This document shows positions 1-7,668 of a DNA stretch of 18,232 nt, piece after piece (positions within the stretch are counted from its first letter, which is position 1; each line of letters starts with the position of its first letter). This DNA is from a bacterium (lineage in GTDB: Bacteria; Hydrothermota; Tepidihabitantia; Tepidihabitantales; Tepidihabitantaceae). The notes under the pieces were generated by a model, which saw nothing but the letters and a program-made list of their open reading frames with translations, was not told the DNA's origin and ran no database searches. Both the position numbers and the translations under genes were made by a program. Location: contig JAWOHE010000054.1 in assembly GCA_046485285.1 (NCBI GenBank), positions 1-18,232 of the forward strand, in the 5' to 3' direction.

Positions 1-146
1 GCAATCAGGGCCGGCTCTTTGATCAGCTTGGCCATCGTTTCGGAACTGCCGTCCGGCAACCTGCCGCCGGCTTCGCGCTCGAAGCGCAGTCTGTACTTCG
101 CCCAGCGGGCCGCGCCGTCGGGCGGTGGGACCCGATATGTCGACAT
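1..146 (-). CDS. Hypothetical protein, N-terminal 48 codons (runs off the window edge): MSTYRVPPPDGAARWAKYRLRFEREAGGRLPDGSSETMAKLIKEPALI...
   Basis: Minus-strand AAAGGAG Shine-Dalgarno (152-158), 5 nt before ATG at 146. The frame is open to position 1. It is missing from the ORF track because no stop lies in the window. Confidence 0.75.
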   Translation of the reverse strand, partial: MSTYRVPPPDGAARWAKYRLRFEREAGGRLPDGSSETMAKLIKEPALI

Positions 147-447
147 CGTAGCTCCTTTGCGGGATTCCCGCAGTCTGCGAACATCACTGACTTCCGGGTT
201 CCGGGTTGCCCGTGCGTGTCCGCACCCGCCTGCCGGCACCACGGCCGACCGGCCTCAGCCGGAACCCTCTATGAAGTTATGTCATCTCGGAGACCGGTTC
301 TTGCACGTGACCTGCATCGGCAGGCGGACGAGGAGCGGCAGTGACCGGCCAAGCGGATTCTTTGCGGAGAGTTACGCGGCTCGTCGGACCATCAGCCTGC
401 CGTGCCCGAGATGCACTCCCCGGCTGAGCCGGCCGATTGCCCGGGCA

Positions 448-627
448 GTCACCGGGCCGGTGACATGGTCAGTGACCGGGCGGACCACCACCCGGACGAC
501 CCGGAGAATGACGGTCCGGATTGCCTCCCGAATCACCGGCCGGGTCGTCAGGCGGATGACCCGGATGATGATTGGCCGGGTGACTCACCGAGTCACCTCC
601 CGGGTGACCGGGTGGGTGACCCGGGGG
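448..627. repeat. Degenerate 12-bp tandem repeat, 15 units (consensus approx. RTSACCNNNCGG)
   Basis: Units in register: gtcaccgggccg, gtgacatggtca, gtgaccgggcgg, accaccacccgg, acgacccggaga, atgacggtccgg, attgcctcccga, atcaccggccgg, gtcgtcaggcgg, atgacccggatg, atgattggccgg, gtgactcaccga, gtcacctcccgg, gtgaccgggtgg, gtgacccggggg. Overlapping ORFs show 4-residue periodicity (VTGP VTWS VTGR ...). Confidence 0.8.
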
Positions 628-827
628 ATAGGGGAGGGGGGAAATTCGGATTCGGCTAATCTGTTGCAATGTAGAGGGTTATGAACCTCGCTGGGAAATG
701 CCGAATTGAGCGAAAACGCAATTTGCCTCGGCGATATTGGGTCGGGAAGCCGGGTCAGGCGCGCCGGGAAGCCGGCCTCAGCCGGCGGTCAGCCAGGGGT
801 GTCCGGACCGGGTAACGCACGCGAATG

Positions 828-857
828 TTGACGGGAAGGGCCGGATGCTGTTATCCT
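828..857 (+). promoter_or_regulatory. Sigma70-type promoter of the NYN gene (TTGACG-N18-TATCCT, extended -10 TG)
   Basis: -35 at 828-833 and TGnTATCCT with -10 at 852-857. ATG lies 8 nt downstream with no SD. Confidence 0.55.
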
Positions 858-865
858 GTTGGCGG

Positions 866-1396
866 ATGCCGAGCTATCTCGTCGACGGCTATAATGTCAT
901 CCACCGCGAGCCGGCGCTGAAGCCGCTACTCGAGCGGGACGCCGAGGCGGCGCGGACAGGGCTCATCTCGATGCTGGCCGGGTTCAGGGCCGGGCGCCGG
1001 GTGCGGGTGACCGTGGTTTTCGACGGCCGGGGCGGCACCGGGCTGGACGCGCGCACCATCGCGGCCGGGGTGCAGGTGGTGTACGCCCATTTCTCGGAGA
1101 CCGCGGACGCGCGCATCGTCAGGCTGGTGCGGTCGTCGCGCCATCCCCGGTCGCTGACCGTGGTGAGCTCGGACCTGGGGCTGGTGGCGCAGTGCCGGGA
1201 CTTCGGGGCGTCGTCGCTCGGCGCGGAGGAGTTCCTGGCCCGCTGCCGCGAGGTCGCGGGACGGCCGGCGGCCGGGCGCGGCGGGAACGGGGACCGGGCG
1301 GAGGTGACGCCGGGCGAGGCGGCGCAGGTGAATGCGGAGCTGGAGCGGCACTACCGTGACCGCGGGGTGTACGACCGTCGGGAGAGGCCGCGGTGA
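866..1396 (+). CDS. NYN domain (YacP/Rae1-like, PIN-fold) ribonuclease
   Basis: Acidic motifs YLVDGYNVIH, VTVVFDG, ETADARI and VVSSDL, then GA..xEEF. Start reassigned to ATG 866 because the DGYN motif is at the N-terminus in this family. Confidence 0.88.
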   Translation: MPSYLVDGYNVIHREPALKPLLERDAEAARTGLISMLAGFRAGRRVRVTVVFDGRGGTGLDARTIAAGVQVVYAHFSETADARIVRLVRSSRHPRSLTVVSSDLGLVAQCRDFGASSLGAEEFLARCREVAGRPAAGRGGNGDRAEVTPGEAAQVNAELERHYRDRGVYDRRERPR

Positions 1397-2424
1397 GCGC
1401 GGCCGCGCTGGCGTTCCTGCTCTTTGCGGCCGAGGCGGCCGGTCCGGACGTCGAGCTGTCGGTCCGGCTGGCGGACACGCTCCGGGTCGAGCTGGCGCTG
1501 ACCTGCCCGGGCCGGCTCGCACCGCGCGAGGTCCTCGTCTACCGGAGCACGAGCCGGCTCGAACCGGACCCGGACACGCTGGTCCTGCCGGTGACGGTCC
1601 TGCGCTTCCCGGCGCCCGGGGACACCGGCCGGATGCTGAACCTGGTCGACTCGATGGTTGCGCACGACGCGCGGTATTTCTACCGGGCGCGGCTGGCCGG
1701 GGACCGGGAGGAGCCGCGCTGGAGCAATCTCGATTCGGTCGACACGCCGGATGCCGAGCTCGGCCGCATCACCGGCTCGAGCCTGCTGGTCGACAAGCTG
1801 AACTATTTCCTGGCGGTGCAGTGCGGCGGGCGGACGCGCAAGCGCTACCCGGTCGCGCTCGGCCGCGAGCCGCGCCGGCGCAAGCTGCACCAGGACAATG
1901 CCTCGACACCGGAGGGCATCTACCGCATCGCGGGCGCGCAGTCGCCGGCCCGCTATCACAAGGCGTTCGACCTCGACTACCCGAATCACGCCGACCGGAC
2001 CCGGTACGAGTTCTGGCGCAGGCAGGGCGGGGCCGGCCGCGGCATCGGCGGGGAAATCCAGGTCCACGGCGAGGGCATCGAGCGGAACTGGACGCTCGGC
2101 TGTGTCGCCCTGCGCAACAGCGACATCGATGAGCTGTTCGCCCACCCGCGCGTCGGGCGGGGGACACCGGTCTACATCGTCGGGAGCGAGCTCTCCCGCG
2201 CGGACATCGAGAGCATCCTCGACTACCGGCCGCTTGGGGAGGTCGAGCGCATCCAGCGCCGGCTCCGGGAGCTGGGGCTGTACGAGGGCAAGGTCGACGG
2301 CGCGGTCGGCACCGGCACGCTGGCCGCGCTGGCGGAGTTCCAGCGCCGGCGCGGGCTGGCGGTGACCGGCCAGCTCGACGCCCGGACGGTCGCGGCGCTC
2401 GGGGAGCCAGCCGGGCCGGATTGA
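1393..2424 (+). CDS. Exported L,D-transpeptidase (YkuD family) with C-terminal peptidoglycan-binding domain
   Basis: Signal-like N-terminus. YkuD motifs VDK..Y.L, YPVALG, TPEGIY, LDYPN..D and IQVHG...WTLGCVALRNSDIDELF. C-terminal PG_binding_1 pattern IQRRLRELGLYEGKVDG..G..T..AL.EFQ...GL.VTG.LD..T. GTGA overlap with the NYN stop. Confidence 0.9.
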   Translation: MSAAALAFLLFAAEAAGPDVELSVRLADTLRVELALTCPGRLAPREVLVYRSTSRLEPDPDTLVLPVTVLRFPAPGDTGRMLNLVDSMVAHDARYFYRARLAGDREEPRWSNLDSVDTPDAELGRITGSSLLVDKLNYFLAVQCGGRTRKRYPVALGREPRRRKLHQDNASTPEGIYRIAGAQSPARYHKAFDLDYPNHADRTRYEFWRRQGGAGRGIGGEIQVHGEGIERNWTLGCVALRNSDIDELFAHPRVGRGTPVYIVGSELSRADIESILDYRPLGEVERIQRRLRELGLYEGKVDGAVGTGTLAALAEFQRRRGLAVTGQLDARTVAALGEPAGPD

Positions 2425-2448
2425 CAAGCCGGGGCGGCGGACTAACAT
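2421..2448 (+). promoter_or_regulatory. Sigma70-type promoter of the oxidoreductase operon (TTGACA-N16-TAACAT)
   Basis: Perfect -35 overlapping the upstream TGA and a TAnnnT -10. About 90 nt of leader, then GGAGGT SD before ATG 2548. Confidence 0.65.
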
Positions 2449-2547
2449 CTGAGCCTGGCACTATCGTGGCTGGCCGATCGGTACCGACCAGGAACAATCA
2501 ACAGTTTGAACGGGCGCGGTTCGGGCGCCCGGCGAAACGGAGGTAGC

Positions 2548-3153
2548 ATGGCTGAAGTCTGTTTCAACCTCGCCGGACAGGTGCTGGAGATCCGCTGGCA
2601 CGGCCGCGGCGGGCAGGGCGCCAAGACCGCCGCGCTGCTCTTCGGCGAGTCGGCGCTCGACACCGGGATGCACATCCAGGCGTTCCCGGAGTACGGCCCG
2701 GAACGGATGGGCGCGCCGGTGCAGGCGTTCAACCGGGTGTCGGACAAGCCGATCAGGTCGCACGCGGGCGTGAAGCGGCCGCGGATCGTCGTCGTGCTCG
2801 ACTCGTCGCTGATCGAGCCGGCGCGGGTGACCGAGGGCCTGCAGGAGGGCGGCATCCTGCTGGTCAACACGACCGAGGACCCGGTCGAACTGCGCAAGCG
2901 GCTCGACCTGCCGAAGGACGTCCAGCTCTACTGTGTGGACGCCTCGAAGATCGCGATGGAGACCGTCGGCAAGAACGTGCCGAACACGCCGATGCTCGGC
3001 GCGCTGGTCAAGGTCACCGGGGTGTTCGAGTTCGAGCCGATGATGGCGGCGATCAAGGCGAAGCTGGCCGACAAGTTCAGGGGCGGCAAGGAGAAGTTCA
3101 TCGAGCCGAACCTGGTCAGCATCCGGCGGGCCTACGAGGAAGTGAGGTGCTAG
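2548..3153 (+). CDS. porC: Pyruvate/2-oxoacid:ferredoxin oxidoreductase gamma subunit
   Basis: EIRWHGRGGQGAKTAA, QAFPEYGPERMGAPV and PNTPMLGAL motifs. GGAGGT SD before ATG 2548. Confidence 0.93.
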   Translation: MAEVCFNLAGQVLEIRWHGRGGQGAKTAALLFGESALDTGMHIQAFPEYGPERMGAPVQAFNRVSDKPIRSHAGVKRPRIVVVLDSSLIEPARVTEGLQEGGILLVNTTEDPVELRKRLDLPKDVQLYCVDASKIAMETVGKNVPNTPMLGALVKVTGVFEFEPMMAAIKAKLADKFRGGKEKFIEPNLVSIRRAYEEVRC

Positions 3154-3154
3154 C

Positions 3155-3445
3155 GTGGCGGAACTGAAGAGCTGGCAGGAGCTGCCCTGCGGGGCGATCA
3201 TCGAGGACCAGAAGGCGGTCCTCGACAACAAGACCGGCGCCTGGCGGTCGGCGCGGCCGGTCTGGAACAAGGACACCTGCATCCATTGCCTGACCTGCTG
3301 GATCTACTGCCCGGACGCGTCGATCGTCGTCAAGGACGGGAAGATGACTGGCATCAACTACGACTACTGCAAGGGCTGCGGCATCTGCGCGGCGGTGTGC
3401 CCGCCGAAGGTGCACGCCATCGAGATGGAACAGGAGCGAAAATGA
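3155..3445 (+). CDS. porD: Pyruvate/2-oxoacid:ferredoxin oxidoreductase delta subunit (2x[4Fe-4S])
   Basis: KTGAWRS.RP; CxxCxxCxxxCP twice (CIHCLTCWIYCP and YDYCKGCGICAAVCP). Confidence 0.93.
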   Translation: MAELKSWQELPCGAIIEDQKAVLDNKTGAWRSARPVWNKDTCIHCLTCWIYCPDASIVVKDGKMTGINYDYCKGCGICAAVCPPKVHAIEMEQERK

Positions 3446-4596
3446 TTCTCGCGAAGACCGGGAACGAGGCGCTCGCGTACGCGATGAAGCAGGTCAACCC
3501 GGACGTCGTCGCGGCCTACCCGATAACGCCGTCGACCGAGATCGTCCAGCTCTTCTCGAACTACGTCAACGACGGGCTGGTCGACTCCGAGTTCGTCGCG
3601 GTTGAGAGCGAGCACTCGGCGATGAGCGCCTGCATCGGCTCGGCGGCGTCGGGCTGCCGGACGATGACCGCGACCGCGTCGCAGGGGCTGGCGCTGATGC
3701 ACGAGATGCTGTTCATCGCCGGCGGGCTCCGGCTGCCGATCGTGATGGCGGTGGCGTCGCGCTCGATCTCCTCGCCGCTGAACATCCACGGCGATCACTC
3801 GGACTCGCTGGCCTCGCGCGACTCGGGCTGGATGCAGTTCTTCTGCGAGTCGGTCCAGGAGGGCTACGACACGCTGATCCAGGCGGTGAAGATGGCAGAG
3901 CGGACGTCGCTGCCGGCGATGGTCTGCGTCGACGGGTTCATCCTGTCGCACTGCATGGAGCGCATCGAGAGCTTCGAGGACGAGAAGGTGCGCAAGTGGC
4001 TCGGGCCGTACCAGCCCAACTGGAACCTGCTCAACCTCGCCAAGCCGATACTGGTCGGGCCGGCGACGATGCAGGACTACTACTTCGAGTTCAAGCGCAC
4101 CCAGGTCGAGGGAATGAACAAGGCCCTGCCGGTCATCGAGGCGGTGCAGGAGGAGTTCCGGCAGGAGTTCGGCCGGGGCTACGGGGTCATCGAGGAGTAC
4201 CGCTGCGAGGACGCGACCGCGGCCGTCCTGCTGATGGGCTCGGCCTGCGGGACGATGCGCGAGGCGGTCGACGTCCTGCGCGATAAGGGACACAAGGTCG
4301 GGATGGTCAAGCTGCGGGTGTTCCGGCCCCTGCCGCACCCGGTGCTCAAGCAGGCGCTCAAGCGCTTCAAGACCGTCGCGGTGATGGACCGGATGGACAC
4401 GGTTAGCTCGTGGGGCGGGGCGCTGTTCACCGAGACCGGCTCGGCGCTCTACGACCTCGCCGAGCGGCCGAGGCTCTTGTCCTACGTCTACGGGCTGGGC
4501 GGCAAGGAGTTCTCACCGGCCGACGCGCAGGCGGTGCTCGAGGGCGCGCTCGCCGGCAGGAAGGACGAACTCGTGACCTACGTGGGAGTGAGGTAA
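3442..4596 (+). CDS. porA: Pyruvate/2-oxoacid:ferredoxin oxidoreductase alpha subunit
   Basis: TGNEALA, AAYPITPST, VESEHSAMSACIG, TATASQGLALM, PLNIHGDHSD and YGLGGK. ATGA overlap with the delta stop and AGGAG SD. Confidence 0.94.
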   Translation: MILAKTGNEALAYAMKQVNPDVVAAYPITPSTEIVQLFSNYVNDGLVDSEFVAVESEHSAMSACIGSAASGCRTMTATASQGLALMHEMLFIAGGLRLPIVMAVASRSISSPLNIHGDHSDSLASRDSGWMQFFCESVQEGYDTLIQAVKMAERTSLPAMVCVDGFILSHCMERIESFEDEKVRKWLGPYQPNWNLLNLAKPILVGPATMQDYYFEFKRTQVEGMNKALPVIEAVQEEFRQEFGRGYGVIEEYRCEDATAAVLLMGSACGTMREAVDVLRDKGHKVGMVKLRVFRPLPHPVLKQALKRFKTVAVMDRMDTVSSWGGALFTETGSALYDLAERPRLLSYVYGLGGKEFSPADAQAVLEGALAGRKDELVTYVGVR

Positions 4597-4599
4597 GCG

Positions 4600-5535
4600 A
4601 TGGCACGACTCAAGGATCTCTGTCAGAACCCCGAGCTGTTCTCGAGCGGCCACCGCGCCTGCGCGGGCTGTGGCGAGGCGCTGGCGGTGCGCCAGGTCCT
4701 GCTGGCGGCGAAGCAGCCGGTGGTCGGGATAATGCCGACCGGCTGCACCGAGATTTTCTCGTCGATCTACCCGCACTCGGCGTGGCAGATACCGATGATT
4801 CACACCGCGTTCGAGACCGCGGCCTCGACCGCATCGGGCGTCGAGGCGGCGTACCGGTTCCACCGGAAGATGGGGCTGATGAAGGACGACGTGAAGTTCA
4901 TCGCCTTCGGCGGCGACGGCGCGACCTACGACATCGGGTTCCAGGCGCTGTCGGGCGCGGTCGAGCGCCGGCACAAGTTCCTCTACGTCTGCACCGACAA
5001 CGAGGGTTACATGAACACCGGCATCCAGCGGTCGTCGGCGACGCCCTACGGCGCGCACACGACGACGTCGCCGGCCGGGACCGTCGTCCCGGGCAAGCGC
5101 CAGCACCGCAAGGATATCGTCGAGATAATGATCGCCCACGACATCGCCTACGCCGGCCAGACGACGATCGCGCTCTGGAACGACCTCGTCACCAAGGTCG
5201 GGAAGGCGCTGGCCGCGGACGGGCCGAGCTTCCTCAACGTGCTGGTGCCCTGCCCGCTGGGCTGGGGCCACGCCGGCGACGAGACGGTCAAGCTCTCGCG
5301 CCTCGCGGCGGACACCTGCTTCTGGCCGGTGTACGAGTTCGAGAACGGCAGGTACACGATCAACCACGTCCCGAAGGAGAAGCTCCCGGTCGACGACTTC
5401 ATCAAGCCGCAGGGCCGGTTCCGGCACCTCTACACCCACAAGGGCGGCAAGGAAGTCATTGCCGAACTCCAGCGGCACGTGGACGAGAAGTGGGCGCTGC
5501 TGCAGAAGAAGCAGCAGTGCTTCGGGCGGGACTGA
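4600..5535 (+). CDS. porB: Pyruvate/2-oxoacid:ferredoxin oxidoreductase beta subunit (TPP-binding)
   Basis: GHRACAGCG, TGC, TPP motif GGDGATYDIGFQALSG...DNEGYMNTGIQRS, PCPLGW and QGRFRHL. Confidence 0.94.
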   Translation: MARLKDLCQNPELFSSGHRACAGCGEALAVRQVLLAAKQPVVGIMPTGCTEIFSSIYPHSAWQIPMIHTAFETAASTASGVEAAYRFHRKMGLMKDDVKFIAFGGDGATYDIGFQALSGAVERRHKFLYVCTDNEGYMNTGIQRSSATPYGAHTTTSPAGTVVPGKRQHRKDIVEIMIAHDIAYAGQTTIALWNDLVTKVGKALAADGPSFLNVLVPCPLGWGHAGDETVKLSRLAADTCFWPVYEFENGRYTINHVPKEKLPVDDFIKPQGRFRHLYTHKGGKEVIAELQRHVDEKWALLQKKQQCFGRD

Positions 5536-5618
5536 GCGGCCGAGGGCGGTCACCGCGGGTCGAGTTCGGCACGGACGGGTCCGGCCGGACCGGCCGGCCG
5601 GTTCCGATGCGATAATGC

Positions 5619-5646
5619 TTGACAACCGCGCGGCCAGCATTAGAGT
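5619..5646 (+). promoter_or_regulatory. Sigma70-type promoter (TTGACA-N16-TAGAGT)
   Basis: Perfect -35 and a TAnnnT -10 in the intergenic region upstream of the next gene. Confidence 0.65.
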
Positions 5647-5712
5647 GGAGCCGTGGAGTCGGTTGAGTCCAGCACTGCAGTCCCCGGTGGTCCGAACAGC
5701 GCGAGGTTCACA

Positions 5713-6858
5713 ATGAGATACTGCGTCCGAATCGCCAAACTGCGTGACCAGTGGCGGCTGTTCACGCTCGAGAGGGCCGAAGACGTCATCGATGCCGCCC
5801 AGCTCGTCATTGACGTTCCCGAGTTCGTCGGGCTCCTGCAGCCCGGCGGCCCGCTGCCGCGGGCGGCGATCGTCGCGCCCAGCTCGAACTCCGGGCGCGT
5901 GGTCCTGACCGTCGACGACGGCGGCCGGCTCCAGCTGATCGGCTGCCCGCACGACGGCGACGACGCCGAGCTGGCGATGGTAATGGGCGACCTCCTGTCG
6001 ATCGGCGGCCGGCTGTGGCGCCAGCCATACGCGAGCGTCGCCGGGCCGTTCGAGCAACAACTGGGCGTGCCGCTCGAGAACTGGATCAGCGACCGCGTCG
6101 GCGACGGCTGGGCCGGGGAGAACTTCCAGCGGTCGGTCGAGCGCGGCCTGCGCGATGGCAGGTTCCCGGTGGTCATCGTTGCCCGCCGCGTCAGTACGGC
6201 ACTGCTGGACATGCTCAACTACATGCGGAACATGAACATCGAGGTGTCGGTCGTCGGCTACGAGTACATCCGCAGCGGCGGGATCGAGATGGTCGCGCCG
6301 GTCCAGCTCGAGGGCCAGGCTGTGCAGCAGGACCCGGAGCCTGCCGTCGAGCCGGTCCGGAGCGTCCCACTCGAGCGACCTCAGGTCGAACAGCGCGCGC
6401 CGGTCGTCAACGTCCCGTCAAGGAAGCCGATTCCGCGAAAGGCCAGGCCCGAGCCGCCCGCGAACGCCGGCGTCTCGCCGGGACAGCAGAAGATCCTTGA
6501 CGTTCTCGCCAAACTCGACGACCTGGGCCTGCAGCGGCGCGGGCTTGAGTTCTTCGTCCCCGGTCGCGATCGCCTCGATGACGCCAAGGCCGCGATTGCG
6601 CTCTCGGTCGACGCGAATCGCTGGCCGTTCCCGAAGCCGGAGGAGGTCGTCGTCGTGGTGGACACCGGGGCGGATCAGCTGGCGGGCTTCCTGAAGCTGT
6701 CGCCGGAGGAGATCCAGGAGTTCCTGGATTCGCTGCCCCGCGTTCAGCGCAAGGAGAACCGCGGCGCGCTGCTGTTGCTCGCGTCGAGCCTCCACGAGGC
6801 CGAGCAGCTCGTCAACGAGCTGCGCGCGCTTAAGGAAGTCGCGGTTTCCGGGGTCTGA
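5713..6858 (+). CDS. Hypothetical protein: N-terminal degenerate PD-(D/E)XK (NucS/DUF91-like) domain, Pro-rich linker, unknown C-terminal domain
   Basis: Long ORF with host-like codon usage. GAGGT SD before ATG 5713, with an in-frame leaderless GTG at 5653 as an alternative start. The domain call rests on pattern recognition only. Confidence 0.7.
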   Translation: MRYCVRIAKLRDQWRLFTLERAEDVIDAAQLVIDVPEFVGLLQPGGPLPRAAIVAPSSNSGRVVLTVDDGGRLQLIGCPHDGDDAELAMVMGDLLSIGGRLWRQPYASVAGPFEQQLGVPLENWISDRVGDGWAGENFQRSVERGLRDGRFPVVIVARRVSTALLDMLNYMRNMNIEVSVVGYEYIRSGGIEMVAPVQLEGQAVQQDPEPAVEPVRSVPLERPQVEQRAPVVNVPSRKPIPRKARPEPPANAGVSPGQQKILDVLAKLDDLGLQRRGLEFFVPGRDRLDDAKAAIALSVDANRWPFPKPEEVVVVVDTGADQLAGFLKLSPEEIQEFLDSLPRVQRKENRGALLLLASSLHEAEQLVNELRALKEVAVSGV

Positions 6859-6867
6859 CCGCCCGGG

Positions 6868-7596
6868 TCAGGGCCCGAACCAGACGTATTCCCCGAACGG
6901 TTCAAAGCCGAGCGACTGCGTAAGGCTGAGCGAGGGCCGGTTTGTCCTCTCGATGTAGACGAAGGGCCGGATACCGAGCCGCAACTGACACCGGGCGAGC
7001 CGGATGCCGATTGACCGTGCCATTCCCTGGCCCCGGAACTCATCGAGGACGTGGAGGAAGCCCAACGCGCCGTCGGCGTGGGTAAGCGCCCACGCGACGA
7101 GCCGGCCTTCGCGGCGGATTGCCGCGCCGGGGCCGCGTGAGATGCGCCCGACAATGTAGTCGGGTCGGCGGCCATAGGGCCAGTGGCGGGCGATGGTCGG
7201 CGCGTCCTCGGCGCGGAGCGGTCCGACGCGGTGGGCGGACCGGTCGGGGAGCCGGCCCGGGTCCGTGAGCGCGTACATCTCGCACCGGGTCTGCCAGCCG
7301 ACCCGGCCCAGGCGTGCGAGTCGACGGTGAACCCACCCCGGAGTGGCCGCGAAGCGCCGTTGCCATCGGGCGGGGAGCCAGTCGAGGGCTGGCGTTCCCT
7401 TCGATCGGGTCGAGCTGTAAAGGTAGAGCCAGTGGTGCCGGGCGAGGACGACTTGCGGGTCGGCCGGGTTGTCGGCCCGGACCCAGCGCGCCCGTTCGCC
7501 GGCGCGGCCGGTGGCAAGGCAGAGTAGCGAGGCGGCGGCAGGCCCGGACCGCTCGAGGAACCGCACCGTCGGGCCGAGGTCGCGACAGAGAAGCAC
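6868..7596 (-). CDS. GNAT family acetyltransferase (FR47-like C-terminal domain)
   Basis: LVAWALTHADGALGFLHVLDEFRGQGMARSI (acetyl-CoA motif A, R/Q-x-x-G-x-A) and N.PSLSL.QSLGF. Start set to GTG 7596, just after the promoter. Confidence 0.82.
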   Translation of the reverse strand: MLLCRDLGPTVRFLERSGPAAASLLCLATGRAGERARWVRADNPADPQVVLARHHWLYLYSSTRSKGTPALDWLPARWQRRFAATPGWVHRRLARLGRVGWQTRCEMYALTDPGRLPDRSAHRVGPLRAEDAPTIARHWPYGRRPDYIVGRISRGPGAAIRREGRLVAWALTHADGALGFLHVLDEFRGQGMARSIGIRLARCQLRLGIRPFVYIERTNRPSLSLTQSLGFEPFGEYVWFGP

Positions 7597-7601
7597 CGGG
7601 G

Positions 7602-7629
7602 AGGATAGCCCGCGCCCGGCCCGAATCAA
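7602..7629 (-). promoter_or_regulatory. Sigma70-type promoter of the GNAT gene (TTGATT-N16-TATCCT), leaderless
   Basis: On the minus strand GTG lies 5 nt after the -10. Back-to-back with the queH promoter. Confidence 0.6.
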
Positions 7630-7635
7630 GCGGGC

Positions 7636-7663
7636 TTGACCGCGACGACGGCCCGGGTAGGCT
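7636..7663 (+). promoter_or_regulatory. Sigma70-type promoter of queH (TTGACC-N16-TAGGCT), leaderless
   Basis: GTG 7669 lies 5 nt after the -10, with no SD. Confidence 0.65.
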
Positions 7664-7668
7664 GGGCT

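Noticed and set aside
448-627. CRISPR array or DGR template/variable repeat
   Set aside because: Units are 12 bp, contiguous and degenerate with no spacers. There is no cas or reverse transcriptase gene and no long adenine-specific repeat pair in the window.
19-684. 221-aa plus-strand ORF
   Set aside because: It overlaps the SD-supported minus-strand gene and has no SD. Its Arg/Pro/Ser-rich composition is typical of a GC-rich shadow frame, and it stays open partly because of the repeat.
249-785. 14-bp direct repeat CCGGCCTCAGCCGG (249-262 and 772-785) as a target-site duplication around the repeat array
   Set aside because: It is almost all G/C in very GC-rich DNA and there is no transposase or integrase, so chance cannot be excluded.
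5578-5605. Overlapping CCGG palindromes after porB as a terminator or operator
   Set aside because: These are low-complexity GC palindromes without a clear loop or tail; support is insufficient.
1351-6060. Long antisense and alternate-frame ORFs (1351..2448, 2461..3282, 3364..4338, 4410..5615, 4513..6060; likewise 9265..10251, 10953..12092, 12795..14255, 16911..17669)
   Set aside because: They are shadows of well-identified genes in high-GC DNA, with no recognisable motifs.
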